Positions 9,433-19,283 of a stretch of 64,000 nucleotides of DNA are shown here, piece after piece. How positions within the stretch are numbered: position 1 is the first letter of the stretch; each line of letters starts with the position of its first letter. The notes under the pieces were generated by a model. The model was given only the letters and a program-made list of their open reading frames with translations, had not been told where the DNA came from and made no database searches. The stretch covers positions 1,612,001 to 1,676,000 of the forward strand of contig PS015010.1 of the NCBI GenBank assembly GCA_048213135.1, given 5' to 3'. Position numbers and translations under genes: made by a program. This DNA comes from Reclinomonas americana ATCC 50394 (taxonomy: Eukaryota).

Positions 9433-10558
9433 GCGATATGATATTATGGTCGCCGGTGGCGGACTGGCCGGGCTTACCTTCTCCATACAAATGGCGAACA
9501 AAGGCTATCGTGTGGTACTTTTTGAAAAAGAGACCTACCCTTTTCATAGAGTATGCGGCGAGTACATCAGCATGGAAAGCTGGGGTTTCCTGGAAGGACT
9601 GGGATTACCTTTATCGCAGATGAACCTGCCGCGGATCAGCCGCCTCATCGTCAGTGCACCAGGAGGCAAAGAGCTGAAACAGCGATTGCCACTGGGAGGC
9701 TTCGGCATCAGCAGGTATACATTGGACAACGCATTAAAAGACATCGCCGTTCGATCAGGGGTACAGGTGCTGGAGAGCCGCAGGGTGAACGACATTGATT
9801 TCCGGGACGATCTTTTTACTGCCGATACCACTGCCGGGCAATTCACGGCCCCGCTTTGCTGCGGCAGTTTTGGCAAAAGGAGCAATCTTGATGTAAAATG
9901 GAAACGCGGTTTTATACGAGAGCAACCCAACCGGCTTAACCAGTATGTCGGCGTTAAATACCATATCAACACTGGTTTTGATAAGGAAACCATCGCCCTG
10001 CACAATTTCAGGGACGGGTATTGCGGTCTGTCCGCCATTGAAGATGATAAATATTGTCTTTGTTACCTCACCCGGGCCAGTAACCTGCAACGGGCAGGCA
10101 ATGATATCCGAAGGATGGAAACAGAGATACTGGGCTGTAATCCGCAGCTGAAAACGATATTCAGCACAGCAGAAATATTGTATGACTCACCGGTTACCAT
10201 TTCGCAGGTATCGTTCAGCAAAAAATCGCAGGTGGAAAACCATGTGCTGCTGATGGGTGACGCGGCGGGTATGATCGCCCCGCTCTGCGGTAATGGCATG
10301 AGCATGGCCATGCACGCGGGCAAGATCGCTGCGGTTTTGTGTGATCGTTTTTTACAGCAACAGATCAGCAGGCAGCAACTGGAAGATCAATATACATCGG
10401 AGTGGCGCCAGCAATTTGGCAAACGACTGGCCGTGGGCCGGTTCATACAGGGCATGTTTGGCAAGACATGGGTAACGAATATGTTTATCGGGATAATGAA
10501 GCTATTGCCGGGAATTACGAAAATGCTGATCAGGCAAACGCATGGGAAAGCTTTCTAA
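9422..10558 (+). CDS. NAD(P)/FAD-dependent oxidoreductase (geranylgeranyl reductase/hydroxylase-like)
   Basis: GGGLAG Rossmann motif, RVCGEYIS, GDAAGMIAPLCGNGM. Confidence 0.88.
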   Translation: MTAERYDIMVAGGGLAGLTFSIQMANKGYRVVLFEKETYPFHRVCGEYISMESWGFLEGLGLPLSQMNLPRISRLIVSAPGGKELKQRLPLGGFGISRYTLDNALKDIAVRSGVQVLESRRVNDIDFRDDLFTADTTAGQFTAPLCCGSFGKRSNLDVKWKRGFIREQPNRLNQYVGVKYHINTGFDKETIALHNFRDGYCGLSAIEDDKYCLCYLTRASNLQRAGNDIRRMETEILGCNPQLKTIFSTAEILYDSPVTISQVSFSKKSQVENHVLLMGDAAGMIAPLCGNGMSMAMHAGKIAAVLCDRFLQQQISRQQLEDQYTSEWRQQFGKRLAVGRFIQGMFGKTWVTNMFIGIMKLLPGITKMLIRQTHGKAF

Positions 10559-10640
10559 TTACGAATTAGGAATTACGAATTAGGAATTGACGAGGCATGA
10601 AATTCTTATGTCATTCGTAATTCATAATTCGTAATTCCTG
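10556..10640. repeat. Inverted pair of ATTACGA/ATTCGTA heptamer tracts between convergent genes
   Basis: taattacgaattaggaattacgaattagg ... attcgtaattcataattcgtaattcct. Confidence 0.7.
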
Positions 10641-10641
10641 T

Positions 10642-11694
10642 CTACCCAATCTCTTCATCGGCTTTCCTCATAATCTCGAAACGTTCTTTGGTTTCCTGCA
10701 GGATTTTTCTTCCGCGGGCAAATGACCAGGGCTCGATGCCAAGGCTGCGGTTGTATTTACTGATCTGGTACAGGGCTTTCCAGTGTTTGAGTATTTCGCG
10801 ATAGGCCCCAAAGAGTGTATACCCGGTATCATAGAAATGGTTGGGTTCGGCGCCACAACCGTTGTATTCAAGAATAGAAAAGTTCTTTCCCTCTTTCAGG
10901 TCCTCAATTCCGGCGCACATAATATCGTACCGGCCATAGAAAAAGTCGTTGATGCTGTGGCTGATGGCATCAAAATGACGCAGCAACCGGTCATCTATAT
11001 GCTCCTTCAGGTCAATAAAATGCGCCCCCCGGTTATGATTGGCTGCATAGCTGAGCATGTATTTCTCTCCTTCAGGAATTATATTATTCCAGTTGTCTTT
11101 GTGTTTGCTGTGCATTTCACCGATGCGTTTCTTCCCTTTGGGATGATGCAGCACCAGCTCTTCCAGCGTATGCTTGCCATCGCCGGTAACCTGTAAAGGT
11201 ATCTTGTGAAGGAAGCCCGTAATCCTGCCCTTTTGCTCTTTGGGATGGCGGATATAAAATACACTTACTTCCATGGGGTACTGTACCATGGCCTGAACGA
11301 TATATTCTACAGGCACTTTACCGTGGTAATGTTCCAGTTCAGCCTGTGTATCGATCTTGCGAAAGAGTACTCCCTGTCCGCCGATCTCGGGCTTTACCAC
11401 GAAAGGATAGCTGATGTTTTTCTCCCGGAGCCTTTGCAGGATGGCTTCCACCGGTTCGCCGGGCATGACATTGAATGTGGCGGGATACAGGTGTTCCGGC
11501 AAAAGATCATACATCTCCTTTTTGGGCTCGCCTTCCATACCGCCGAATGTGAGTTTGGGATTGCTGGGCGTAAAAAACCACACCGCACGCGATTTGAGTA
11601 TATACCATAGCCATACCGGGGTAATAGGCGCATACAGCAGTTTGAACGGCCACGCCTCCCAGTTGGCAATTTTCTGAAAAAATTGCTTCACCAT
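10642..11694 (-). CDS. ATP-grasp (D-Ala-D-Ala ligase-like) protein
   Basis: YPFVVKPEIGGQG, YGRYDI, ILEYNG ATP-grasp motifs. Confidence 0.7.
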   Translation of the reverse strand: MVKQFFQKIANWEAWPFKLLYAPITPVWLWYILKSRAVWFFTPSNPKLTFGGMEGEPKKEMYDLLPEHLYPATFNVMPGEPVEAILQRLREKNISYPFVVKPEIGGQGVLFRKIDTQAELEHYHGKVPVEYIVQAMVQYPMEVSVFYIRHPKEQKGRITGFLHKIPLQVTGDGKHTLEELVLHHPKGKKRIGEMHSKHKDNWNNIIPEGEKYMLSYAANHNRGAHFIDLKEHIDDRLLRHFDAISHSINDFFYGRYDIMCAGIEDLKEGKNFSILEYNGCGAEPNHFYDTGYTLFGAYREILKHWKALYQISKYNRSLGIEPWSFARGRKILQETKERFEIMRKADEEIG

Positions 11695-11835
11695 AATTCA
11701 AGTGGCACGAAGGTATACAATTCAGGGGTATCTGCATATTGATATATCTGTACATCTGCATATTTGCAAATCTGCATATTTGCACATCCGCACATTCTCA
11801 CATTCCCGTATCTTTATCCCGTTAAAAAGTAATGT

Positions 11836-12624
11836 ATGCATGTACCTACTATGGCAGAGATGATGGCCAGTGGCGAAACGCCTGAAGTCCTTTTCTGGGT
11901 GGGCTGCGCCGGCAGTTTTGATCAGCGTGCGCAGAAGATCACCAAAGCATTTGTCACTATACTCGATAAAGTAGGTATCCGTTATGCCATCCTCGGCAAG
12001 GAAGAAATGTGCACCGGCGACCCGGCCCGCCGTGCAGGCAACGAATTCATGTTCCAGATGATGGCGTACCAGAACATACAAATATTGAATGGCTATGGCA
12101 TTAAAAAAATAGTAACTGCCTGCCCGCATTGCTTCAACACATTGAAAAATGAATACCCTGAACTGGGCGGACATTATGATGTGATACACCATGCCAGTTT
12201 CCTGCAGCAACTGATCGACGAAGGCCGTATTGTTGTTCCAGCCGGCGGCGCCTTTAAAGGAAAAAAGATCACTTACCACGACAGCTGTTACCTGGGCCGT
12301 GCCAACAATATTTATGAAGCTCCCCGTAAAGTGCTGGAAGCCCTCGATGCTTCGCTGGTGGAAATGAAACGCTGCCGCAGCAATGGTCTTTGTTGCGGTG
12401 CAGGCGGCGCACAAATGTTCAAGGAAGAAGAAAAAGGCGACATCCGCATTAACCTCGACCGCAGCAATGAAGCGCTGGCAACCGGTGCCTCTGTTATCGC
12501 CGCGGCCTGCCCTTTCTGCAATACCATGATGACCGACGGTGTGAAGAACAGCAATAAAGAAGATGAAGTACAGGTGCTGGACATAGCGGAGCTGGTGGCA
12601 CAGTCTTTATCAATTACGAATTAG
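11836..12624 (+). CDS. CCG-domain (Fe-S)-binding oxidoreductase subunit
   Basis: FWVGCAG, TACPHC, YHDSCYLGR, CCGAGG, AACPFC. Confidence 0.9.
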   Translation: MHVPTMAEMMASGETPEVLFWVGCAGSFDQRAQKITKAFVTILDKVGIRYAILGKEEMCTGDPARRAGNEFMFQMMAYQNIQILNGYGIKKIVTACPHCFNTLKNEYPELGGHYDVIHHASFLQQLIDEGRIVVPAGGAFKGKKITYHDSCYLGRANNIYEAPRKVLEALDASLVEMKRCRSNGLCCGAGGAQMFKEEEKGDIRINLDRSNEALATGASVIAAACPFCNTMMTDGVKNSNKEDEVQVLDIAELVAQSLSITN

Positions 12625-12747
12625 TAATTACGAATATCTTCAACGGTTGACCCTTTTGCATTTCATTTGTCGTTAATTAAACCAAAGGGTATTTGATTTG
12701 CCTATTATCACATTTGCGCATCTTCACATTCTCGCTATCTTTGCCTC

Positions 12748-13254
12748 ATGAATTTCGACCTCTCCGAACACATACCAGCCGACTTTGCCGATGATTCCCG
12801 GGTTTGGATCTACCAAAGCAGCCGGCTTTTCCTCATCAGTGAAGCATTGGAAATGGAAACCATGCTTCATGACTTTGCCAACAACTGGAAAAGCCACGGG
12901 CACGATGTAAAGGGATATGCCAACCTCTTTTTCGGGCAATTCATCGTCATTATGGCCGATGAAACCGCCACAGGCGTAAGTGGCTGCAGCACCGACAGTT
13001 CCGTTCGTTTGATCAAAGACATTGAACAAAAATTCAAAGTCAATATGTTCGACCGCCAGCAACTCGCCTTCCTGGTCAAAGAAAAGGTGGAACGTATTCC
13101 CCTGAGCCAGGTCAGCTATGCATTGGAGAACGGTCTCATTACCGGCGACACCCTTTACTTCGACAATACTGTACTCACCAAAAAAGACCTGCTGGAAAAG
13201 TGGATTGCACCGGTTAGGGAAACGTGGTTAGGAAAAAAAATTACGAATTACTAA
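12748..13254 (+). CDS. Conserved Bacteroidota hypothetical protein
   Basis: SRVWIYQSSR, WKSHG and SGCSTDSSV pattern recognised as a conserved Bacteroidota family; upstream TATCTTTG promoter. Confidence 0.75.
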   Translation: MNFDLSEHIPADFADDSRVWIYQSSRLFLISEALEMETMLHDFANNWKSHGHDVKGYANLFFGQFIVIMADETATGVSGCSTDSSVRLIKDIEQKFKVNMFDRQQLAFLVKEKVERIPLSQVSYALENGLITGDTLYFDNTVLTKKDLLEKWIAPVRETWLGKKITNY

Positions 13255-13367
13255 TTACGAATCGTTTGTAAGCAAGCATTTTCCAGAATCATACTCGACA
13301 CTAAATTGTGTAATGAAAAAGCAACTTAACCTCTTGGGTTGAAGGCATTCGTAATTTGTAATAGTAA

Positions 13368-15797
13368 TTATTTCTTCGCTTTCTTCAGATTCGCCAGCTT
13401 ATTCGTCTTCTTCACACTCTTGTTAAAAATATAACTCAGCGCAATGCGATAGTTGCGGGTATTGGTACGGCTGTAGCTCTCCAGGTTAAAATTGCTGCCG
13501 TAAGTAAATGTGCGGTTCTGCTGCTGGCTGAAAGGATCGATGATATTGATGGCAACAATGAATTTTTTCTCAAAGAATTTTCTTTGTAACCCCACGTTCA
13601 TGCTCAGGTTATTATTGAGTGTTCCCTGCGGGTTGGCAAAACGGTTATAGGTAAAACTGCCGTTGGCGTTCATCACATCACTGAACTGGTAACTGCCGTT
13701 AAGCGTGGAATAAAAAGAACCGCCATTACGGAAGTAGCGTACTTTACGATCGTGGTCGCTGTAGACATTGTACGTATAACCCAGGCTCAGGTTGGCCTTG
13801 GCTTTCTTGTTAAGCGTTAACCCTCCCCATATGCTGCCCTCGTATTCCTGCCTGCCGCTGATATTTTGCCAGCTGGTAAACGTTTTGCCATCAGGTAATA
13901 AAGTGCGCAGCGAACTGTAGATATTCCGCAGTGTGTTGTAACCAACAGAAGCGTTGAGGTAATACAGTTTATTCCATTTGCCCACAATAAAATCAAAGTT
14001 ATCCGCATAGTAAGGCTGCAGACCCGGGTTGCCGGAGCGGGTGTTGTTGGGATCGCTGTAGTCCACGCTGGGATTCAGTTCATTCAAACCGGGGCGCTGT
14101 ATGGTCCTTTTGTAACTGAACGTAATACTCACTTCGTTCGACCACTTCTTCATCAGCGTAACAAAAGGAAGCAGGCTCCAGTAATCGTTGCCATAATCAT
14201 TCGGATCGTTCTTCACATCAAACCCGGTACCGGTATGTTCTGCCTGTGTTCCGGCATTGATGTAAAACTCTGGTGTAAAGTCATACCGCAATGCCGCACG
14301 GAAAGCATACACCAACTGGTGAAAAACGAAATCATTGCTGAGTCCGTTATTCGGTACAAACACATTGTCGGGTTTCCTGAGGAAAGAAGTACCAAGTGTA
14401 TTGTGGGTGTTCGTGCGCAGGATATTACCGCCGGTGTTCAGTGTAAGTTTATTATCGATGATGGGTTTATCGTAATTCAGCCGGAAACTGAGCGTGTTGC
14501 TGCGCAGGCGGGTCAGTTGCTCCTGTGTAGAGTCTGTGCCCGTGGGCGTATGGTCAGCATAGAAATATTGCTGGTAAAAATCGCGGTCGGTATTGCTGTT
14601 GTTGAAATTCCACCCGGTAATGAACCGCAGCACTTCTTTTACATTTTTTCCTTTGTAGGTATACGTAAGGTTAAAGTTGGGACTGTAACTTGTTGTGCCC
14701 GTACGTACGGAGCGGGTACTGATTTTATACAACTGGCTGAAACGATTGATGTTGCTGTACTCATTGTCGCTGCCGCTGGAAGCATCGTTGCCATTGTACT
14801 GGGCAGTAAAACCGATGTTGTTACGTTTGTTGATCTCGTATTCCACGTTCAGCCTGCCATTGGGCCTGCGGTTGTTGCTGTTGCTGGAAGAAACCGTGTT
14901 GAAATAATTACTTGAATCGGTATACAGGTTCTGCCTTTTGCTGTACCCGTTGCCATGGTATTCGTTGTATCCAAAACCGGCATTGAAGTTGACCGTCCAC
15001 TGTTTTTTACGGTAGTTGAAGTTACCGCTCACGCCCGCTTCTCCCCTGGTGCCGTAGTTCACATTGATGCGGGCATTCATCCCTACTTTACCTTTTTTGG
15101 TCACGATATTGATCACACCGCCCCTTTCACTGGCGTATTGTGCCGGAGGGGTGGTCATCACTTCTATTTTTTCAATCATACTGCCGGGCATACTTTCCAG
15201 CATATCCTGCAGTTGTTTGGCATTCAGTTCAACGGGTTTATCATCGATCAGCACTTTTACGTCCTTACCGCGGATGAGAATTTTACCGTCACTGTCCACA
15301 TTCACCAGCGGTGTTTGTTTCAGCAGTTCGGTAGTGGTGGCTCCGGAACTCAGTGCCGATTCCCCGGCATTGAAAGTGATCTTGCCGTCCTTGCTTTCGA
15401 TCAGCGGTTTTTCGGCATACACCACCACCGCGTTCATAGTGGTAGCATTACGGTTGAGCTTGATATCATTCAGGTCGAAATCATAACGATCGGCACGGAT
15501 ATAAATACTGTCCAGCGTAAGACCGGCATACCCCGTCATGCTGAACTGCAGGCGGTAATACCCGAAGGGAAGATGATCGAAAATGAAGGCGCCGTCTTTT
15601 ACAGTAACGGTATTATCGGTATAGGCAGAATCGGATAAACGGCTGATACTCACCGACGCACCCGCCAGGGCTTTGCCATTCTCGGTATCCAGTAAACTGC
15701 CAATGATCACGCCCTGAACGGCTTTAGAGGCAGGCTGGTTCTGCGCCCGGCCTGCTATACAACAAAATAATAAGGAAAACAGTAATGTAAATTTCAA
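13368..15797 (-). CDS. TonB-dependent receptor-like outer-membrane beta-barrel protein
   Basis: Signal peptide from a probable TTG at 15797; CarboxypepD_reg-like N-domain; plug IEKIEVMTTPPAQY...GGVINIVTKK; GNPGLQP; C-terminal LSYIF. Confidence 0.88.
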   Translation of the reverse strand: MKFTLLFSLLFCCIAGRAQNQPASKAVQGVIIGSLLDTENGKALAGASVSISRLSDSAYTDNTVTVKDGAFIFDHLPFGYYRLQFSMTGYAGLTLDSIYIRADRYDFDLNDIKLNRNATTMNAVVVYAEKPLIESKDGKITFNAGESALSSGATTTELLKQTPLVNVDSDGKILIRGKDVKVLIDDKPVELNAKQLQDMLESMPGSMIEKIEVMTTPPAQYASERGGVINIVTKKGKVGMNARINVNYGTRGEAGVSGNFNYRKKQWTVNFNAGFGYNEYHGNGYSKRQNLYTDSSNYFNTVSSSNSNNRRPNGRLNVEYEINKRNNIGFTAQYNGNDASSGSDNEYSNINRFSQLYKISTRSVRTGTTSYSPNFNLTYTYKGKNVKEVLRFITGWNFNNSNTDRDFYQQYFYADHTPTGTDSTQEQLTRLRSNTLSFRLNYDKPIIDNKLTLNTGGNILRTNTHNTLGTSFLRKPDNVFVPNNGLSNDFVFHQLVYAFRAALRYDFTPEFYINAGTQAEHTGTGFDVKNDPNDYGNDYWSLLPFVTLMKKWSNEVSITFSYKRTIQRPGLNELNPSVDYSDPNNTRSGNPGLQPYYADNFDFIVGKWNKLYYLNASVGYNTLRNIYSSLRTLLPDGKTFTSWQNISGRQEYEGSIWGGLTLNKKAKANLSLGYTYNVYSDHDRKVRYFRNGGSFYSTLNGSYQFSDVMNANGSFTYNRFANPQGTLNNNLSMNVGLQRKFFEKKFIVAINIIDPFSQQQNRTFTYGSNFNLESYSRTNTRNYRIALSYIFNKSVKKTNKLANLKKAKK

Positions 15798-15951
15798 CAG
15801 ATAAGGCTTTTCAGGCAGCAAAAATACAGATTGGAACAATGACAGCTGGTGATTTTGTGTAAACGGCGGAGGCAACTCATTTACCACTGGCGTAAATCTT
15901 TAGCACTTTTTCCTTTCAACCCTTATTTTTATCCCTCAAACCAAACAGCAT

Positions 15952-17982
15952 ATGCATAAAATTGTTGCGGCTATTGCCTGCACTGCGATCCTGGTTGCCT
16001 CTGCGACGCCAACAATGGCCCAGGGCTCCAGGAAATTCATAGACCCGGCCAATATGGACCTCTCCGTAAAACCAGGTGATAACTTTTACCTGTACGCCAA
16101 TGGCAACTGGCTGAAAAATACCCAGATCCCGGCCTCTAAAACCCGCTGGGGCAGTTTTGATAAACTCACTGAAGAAAGCTCCCAGGCATTGAAAGGGTTG
16201 CTGGAAGATGCCGCCAAAAATCCGGGCAAAGACGCTTCCATGCGCCGCGTGGGGGATTTCTATGCCAGTGCCATGGACAGTGCAGTCATAGAAAAACTGG
16301 GTTACCGGCCCATCAAAAAATACCTGGATGAAATTGAGAAACTGTCTGGCCCCGCCGACGTCGTTAAACACATCAGCTACCTGCGTTCCAATTCCATCAG
16401 TTCCCCGCTCTACTCCATCGGTGTAAGACAGGATGCGAAAAACGTGACCCAATACATCATCGGCATTGGCCAGGGTGGTACTACCCTGCCCGACCGCGAC
16501 TACTACCTGAAAAATGATGCCCGCAGTACTTCCATCAGGAAAGAGTACACCAATTATATGATCAAACTCTTTACCCTTTGCGGATGGGATGAGGCGGAAG
16601 CCTCCAAAAGAGCGGCCACTATTCTTAAAATGGAAACCACCATTGCCGGCGCCCAGATGAGCCGCGTGGAAATGAGGGACCCGGTAAAACTCTACAATAA
16701 ATTTGCCGTTACCACACTCAACACCAAAACGCCCGCCATCAACTGGACCAAAACACTGAAAGACCTGGGTTATGCGGGCCAGCCCGACAGTGTTGTGGTA
16801 AGCAACCCTAAATTCCTCGTGTTCCTTGACTCCATGATTACGGCCACACCGGTAGACGCCTGGAAAGTATACCTGCAATGGGGCATCATTCGTGACGCGG
16901 CGCCATTCCTGAGCAGCGACTTTGTAAACGCCAACTTCAACTACTCCAGGGCCATCAGCGGACAGAAAGAACAAACACCCCGCTGGCAGCGTTCCAGTTC
17001 ACTGATCGATGGACAACTGGGCGACCTGCTGGGGCAACTGTACGTAGACAAATATTTCAAACCCGAGGCCAAACAGAGGATGATCGCCCTCATCAACAAT
17101 ATGACGCAGACTTTCGACGACCGCATCAAGCAACTCGACTGGATGAGTCCTGAAACCAAGGAAAGGGCTTTGCAAAAACTGCATGCCTTTACCAAAAAGA
17201 TCGGTTACCCCGATGTATGGAAAAAATATGAAGGACTGGTGATCAAACGCGACGATTACCTGGGAAATATCAGGCGCTGCAACCAGTGGCAGTACCGCGA
17301 CAATATAGGCAGGCTGGGCAAACCCATCAACAAAACAGAATGGGGGATGACGCCATCTACCGTTAACGCCTATTACAGTGCCAATAAAAACGAGATCGTA
17401 TTCCCCGCCGGTATCCTTCGTTTTCCCTTCTTCGATTTTGAAGCTGATGATGCCGTAAACTATGGTGGAATCGCCGCGGTGATCGGCCATGAAATGACGC
17501 ATGGTTTTGACGATTCCGGAAGACAGTTTGATGCCGACGGTAACCTCAACGACTGGTGGACCAAAGCCGACGCGGAAGAATTTAAAAAACGTGCCGACCG
17601 CGTAGTGGAACAATACAATGGTTATACCGTACTCGACACCCTTCATGTGAATGGTAAACTGACGCTGGGGGAAAACCTGGCCGACCTGGGCGGACTAAGC
17701 ATCGCTTACGAAGCATTCAAAAAAACCAAGCAGGGACAAAGCAACGAACTGATCGATGGCTTTACACCTGATCAGCGTTTCTTCCTGAACTGGGCACAGG
17801 TTTGGCGCAGCAATATTCTGCCTGAAGCTGCCGCACAGCGCATCCTCACCGACTCCCACTCTCCTGGTGTGCACAGGGGTAATGGTCCGCTCACCAATAT
17901 CGACGCCTGGTACAAAGCCTTCAATGTAAAAGAAGGAGATAAAATGTATGTGGCGCCGGAGAAGAGGATTAAAGTTTGGTAG
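15952..17982 (+). CDS. M13 family metallopeptidase (PepO/neprilysin-like)
   Basis: VNAYY, HEMTHGFD, GENLADLGG; signal peptide. Confidence 0.95.
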   Translation: MHKIVAAIACTAILVASATPTMAQGSRKFIDPANMDLSVKPGDNFYLYANGNWLKNTQIPASKTRWGSFDKLTEESSQALKGLLEDAAKNPGKDASMRRVGDFYASAMDSAVIEKLGYRPIKKYLDEIEKLSGPADVVKHISYLRSNSISSPLYSIGVRQDAKNVTQYIIGIGQGGTTLPDRDYYLKNDARSTSIRKEYTNYMIKLFTLCGWDEAEASKRAATILKMETTIAGAQMSRVEMRDPVKLYNKFAVTTLNTKTPAINWTKTLKDLGYAGQPDSVVVSNPKFLVFLDSMITATPVDAWKVYLQWGIIRDAAPFLSSDFVNANFNYSRAISGQKEQTPRWQRSSSLIDGQLGDLLGQLYVDKYFKPEAKQRMIALINNMTQTFDDRIKQLDWMSPETKERALQKLHAFTKKIGYPDVWKKYEGLVIKRDDYLGNIRRCNQWQYRDNIGRLGKPINKTEWGMTPSTVNAYYSANKNEIVFPAGILRFPFFDFEADDAVNYGGIAAVIGHEMTHGFDDSGRQFDADGNLNDWWTKADAEEFKKRADRVVEQYNGYTVLDTLHVNGKLTLGENLADLGGLSIAYEAFKKTKQGQSNELIDGFTPDQRFFLNWAQVWRSNILPEAAAQRILTDSHSPGVHRGNGPLTNIDAWYKAFNVKEGDKMYVAPEKRIKVW

Positions 17983-18021
17983 AAGTAATTACGAATTGGG
18001 AATTACGAATTCATGATACTA

Positions 18022-18059
18022 AAGAGAGGCTTTCGATATGGAAGCCTCTCTTGTTTTTT
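18022..18059. terminator. Intrinsic terminator, probably bidirectional
   Basis: aagagaggcttt/gaagcctctctt stem plus T-run between convergent genes. Confidence 0.75.
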
Positions 18060-18066
18060 ATGGGCG

Positions 18067-18348
18067 CTACTTTTTGAATTGGAGATTTTGTTCCTGCAGC
18101 AGGTTCTTTAGTTTGGGGATGGAGGACGGTCCTATGCCGTGCAGGGATAGTATTTCTTTCTCACTGTATTTTGACAGTTGTTGCAGTGTGGTAATGCCTT
18201 TGCCTTCCAGTGCACGTCTTGCCGGTCCGCTGAGGTTACTCATGAAATTGTCTTTGGGTTTACGCGCTGCTTCACATACCGGACAGGTGGGACAGTCGCT
18301 GCTTTTGTAGTATTGGTGGCCTTTTGGGCAGGTGCGCAGTGTTTTCAT
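18067..18348 (-). CDS. Small protein with a Cys/His zinc-knuckle-like N-terminus and an RNA polymerase alpha-CTD-like HhH domain
   Basis: CPKGH...CPTCPVC followed by PARRALE..GITTLQQL....E.EILSLHGIGP. Confidence 0.8.
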   Translation of the reverse strand: MKTLRTCPKGHQYYKSSDCPTCPVCEAARKPKDNFMSNLSGPARRALEGKGITTLQQLSKYSEKEILSLHGIGPSSIPKLKNLLQEQNLQFKK

Positions 18349-18447
18349 ATCGCATTGTTTGCCGTTCTGAAATTAATACAGCTTGTTTGGATTAATGATA
18401 CAAATTCAGGTTTTAGCATAATTTTGATTCGTATTATTAAACTCATC

Positions 18448-18744
18448 ATGACAGAAGAAAAAGACGAAGAAAAGAAAAGTGGTTTTATGCTGTTTACAGA
18501 GATCATGGGCTGGCTGCAGATTGTAGCTTCTCCTCTCCTGCTCGGAGTACTCATCGGTGGCATTGTATACCTCTCCAACCCAACACCAGGGCGCCTCGCT
18601 ATTGGCATCCTTATCTTAGTGACCGGCCTTATTATTGGCATCGGATGGGCCAGTCATGTATGGAAGAAAAGAGGCACCATCAATTTCATCTCCCGCATCG
18701 ACGCCAGCCCGGAATTGGATGAAGAAGAAAAAGAGAAGCCCTGA
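18448..18744 (+). CDS. Hypothetical two-TM membrane protein
   Basis: ATG at 18448 after an AT-rich leader; two hydrophobic helices. Confidence 0.65.
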   Translation: MTEEKDEEKKSGFMLFTEIMGWLQIVASPLLLGVLIGGIVYLSNPTPGRLAIGILILVTGLIIGIGWASHVWKKRGTINFISRIDASPELDEEEKEKP

Positions 18745-18764
18745 TTTTTGACTTTTGACTTCAC

Positions 18765-19271
18765 CTAAAAATCATACCCCTTCACAAACCTCATCAACTC
18801 CTCCTTCGACGTATAACTGGTGATCTTATTGATCTTCACCCGCAGCAGCTTATTTTCTTTCCTGCATACTATCATCATAAAATTTTTCTCATCAGTATGC
18901 AGCAGCGCCGCGTCGCCCAGGCCTTTGAGGATGGTCTGACCGGGCATATTTTTATTGCTCTCGATGATATTGGTATACGCGTTAATCGCCGCGATAGTGG
19001 TGGTGTAAGATTCCATTATAAAATAGAGGTTGCCGGTTACGCCCTTAACAGGATCAGCCTGCGCAGCCATGTAGGTGCATTTGTACTGGGTGCGTCCGCC
19101 CATTGTTTCAGAGGAACTTTCTTTCAGGATGGCTTTTTGTCCCAGTATTTTTTCCGCATCGGCACGGGAGGGGCAGTACGAAGAAGGCATACTATCACTT
19201 GCAGGTATGCAGGCCATAACCGGACTTACCGCCACGGCAGAGAATAGTATAAGAAAAACGATGGCCTTCAC
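18765..19271 (-). CDS. Hypothetical secreted protein
   Basis: Signal-peptide-like N-terminus; 168 aa ORF; promoter-like TATCTTTA upstream. Confidence 0.65.
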   Translation of the reverse strand: MKAIVFLILFSAVAVSPVMACIPASDSMPSSYCPSRADAEKILGQKAILKESSSETMGGRTQYKCTYMAAQADPVKGVTGNLYFIMESYTTTIAAINAYTNIIESNKNMPGQTILKGLGDAALLHTDEKNFMMIVCRKENKLLRVKINKITSYTSKEELMRFVKGYDF

Positions 19272-19283
19272 CGGGTAAAGATA

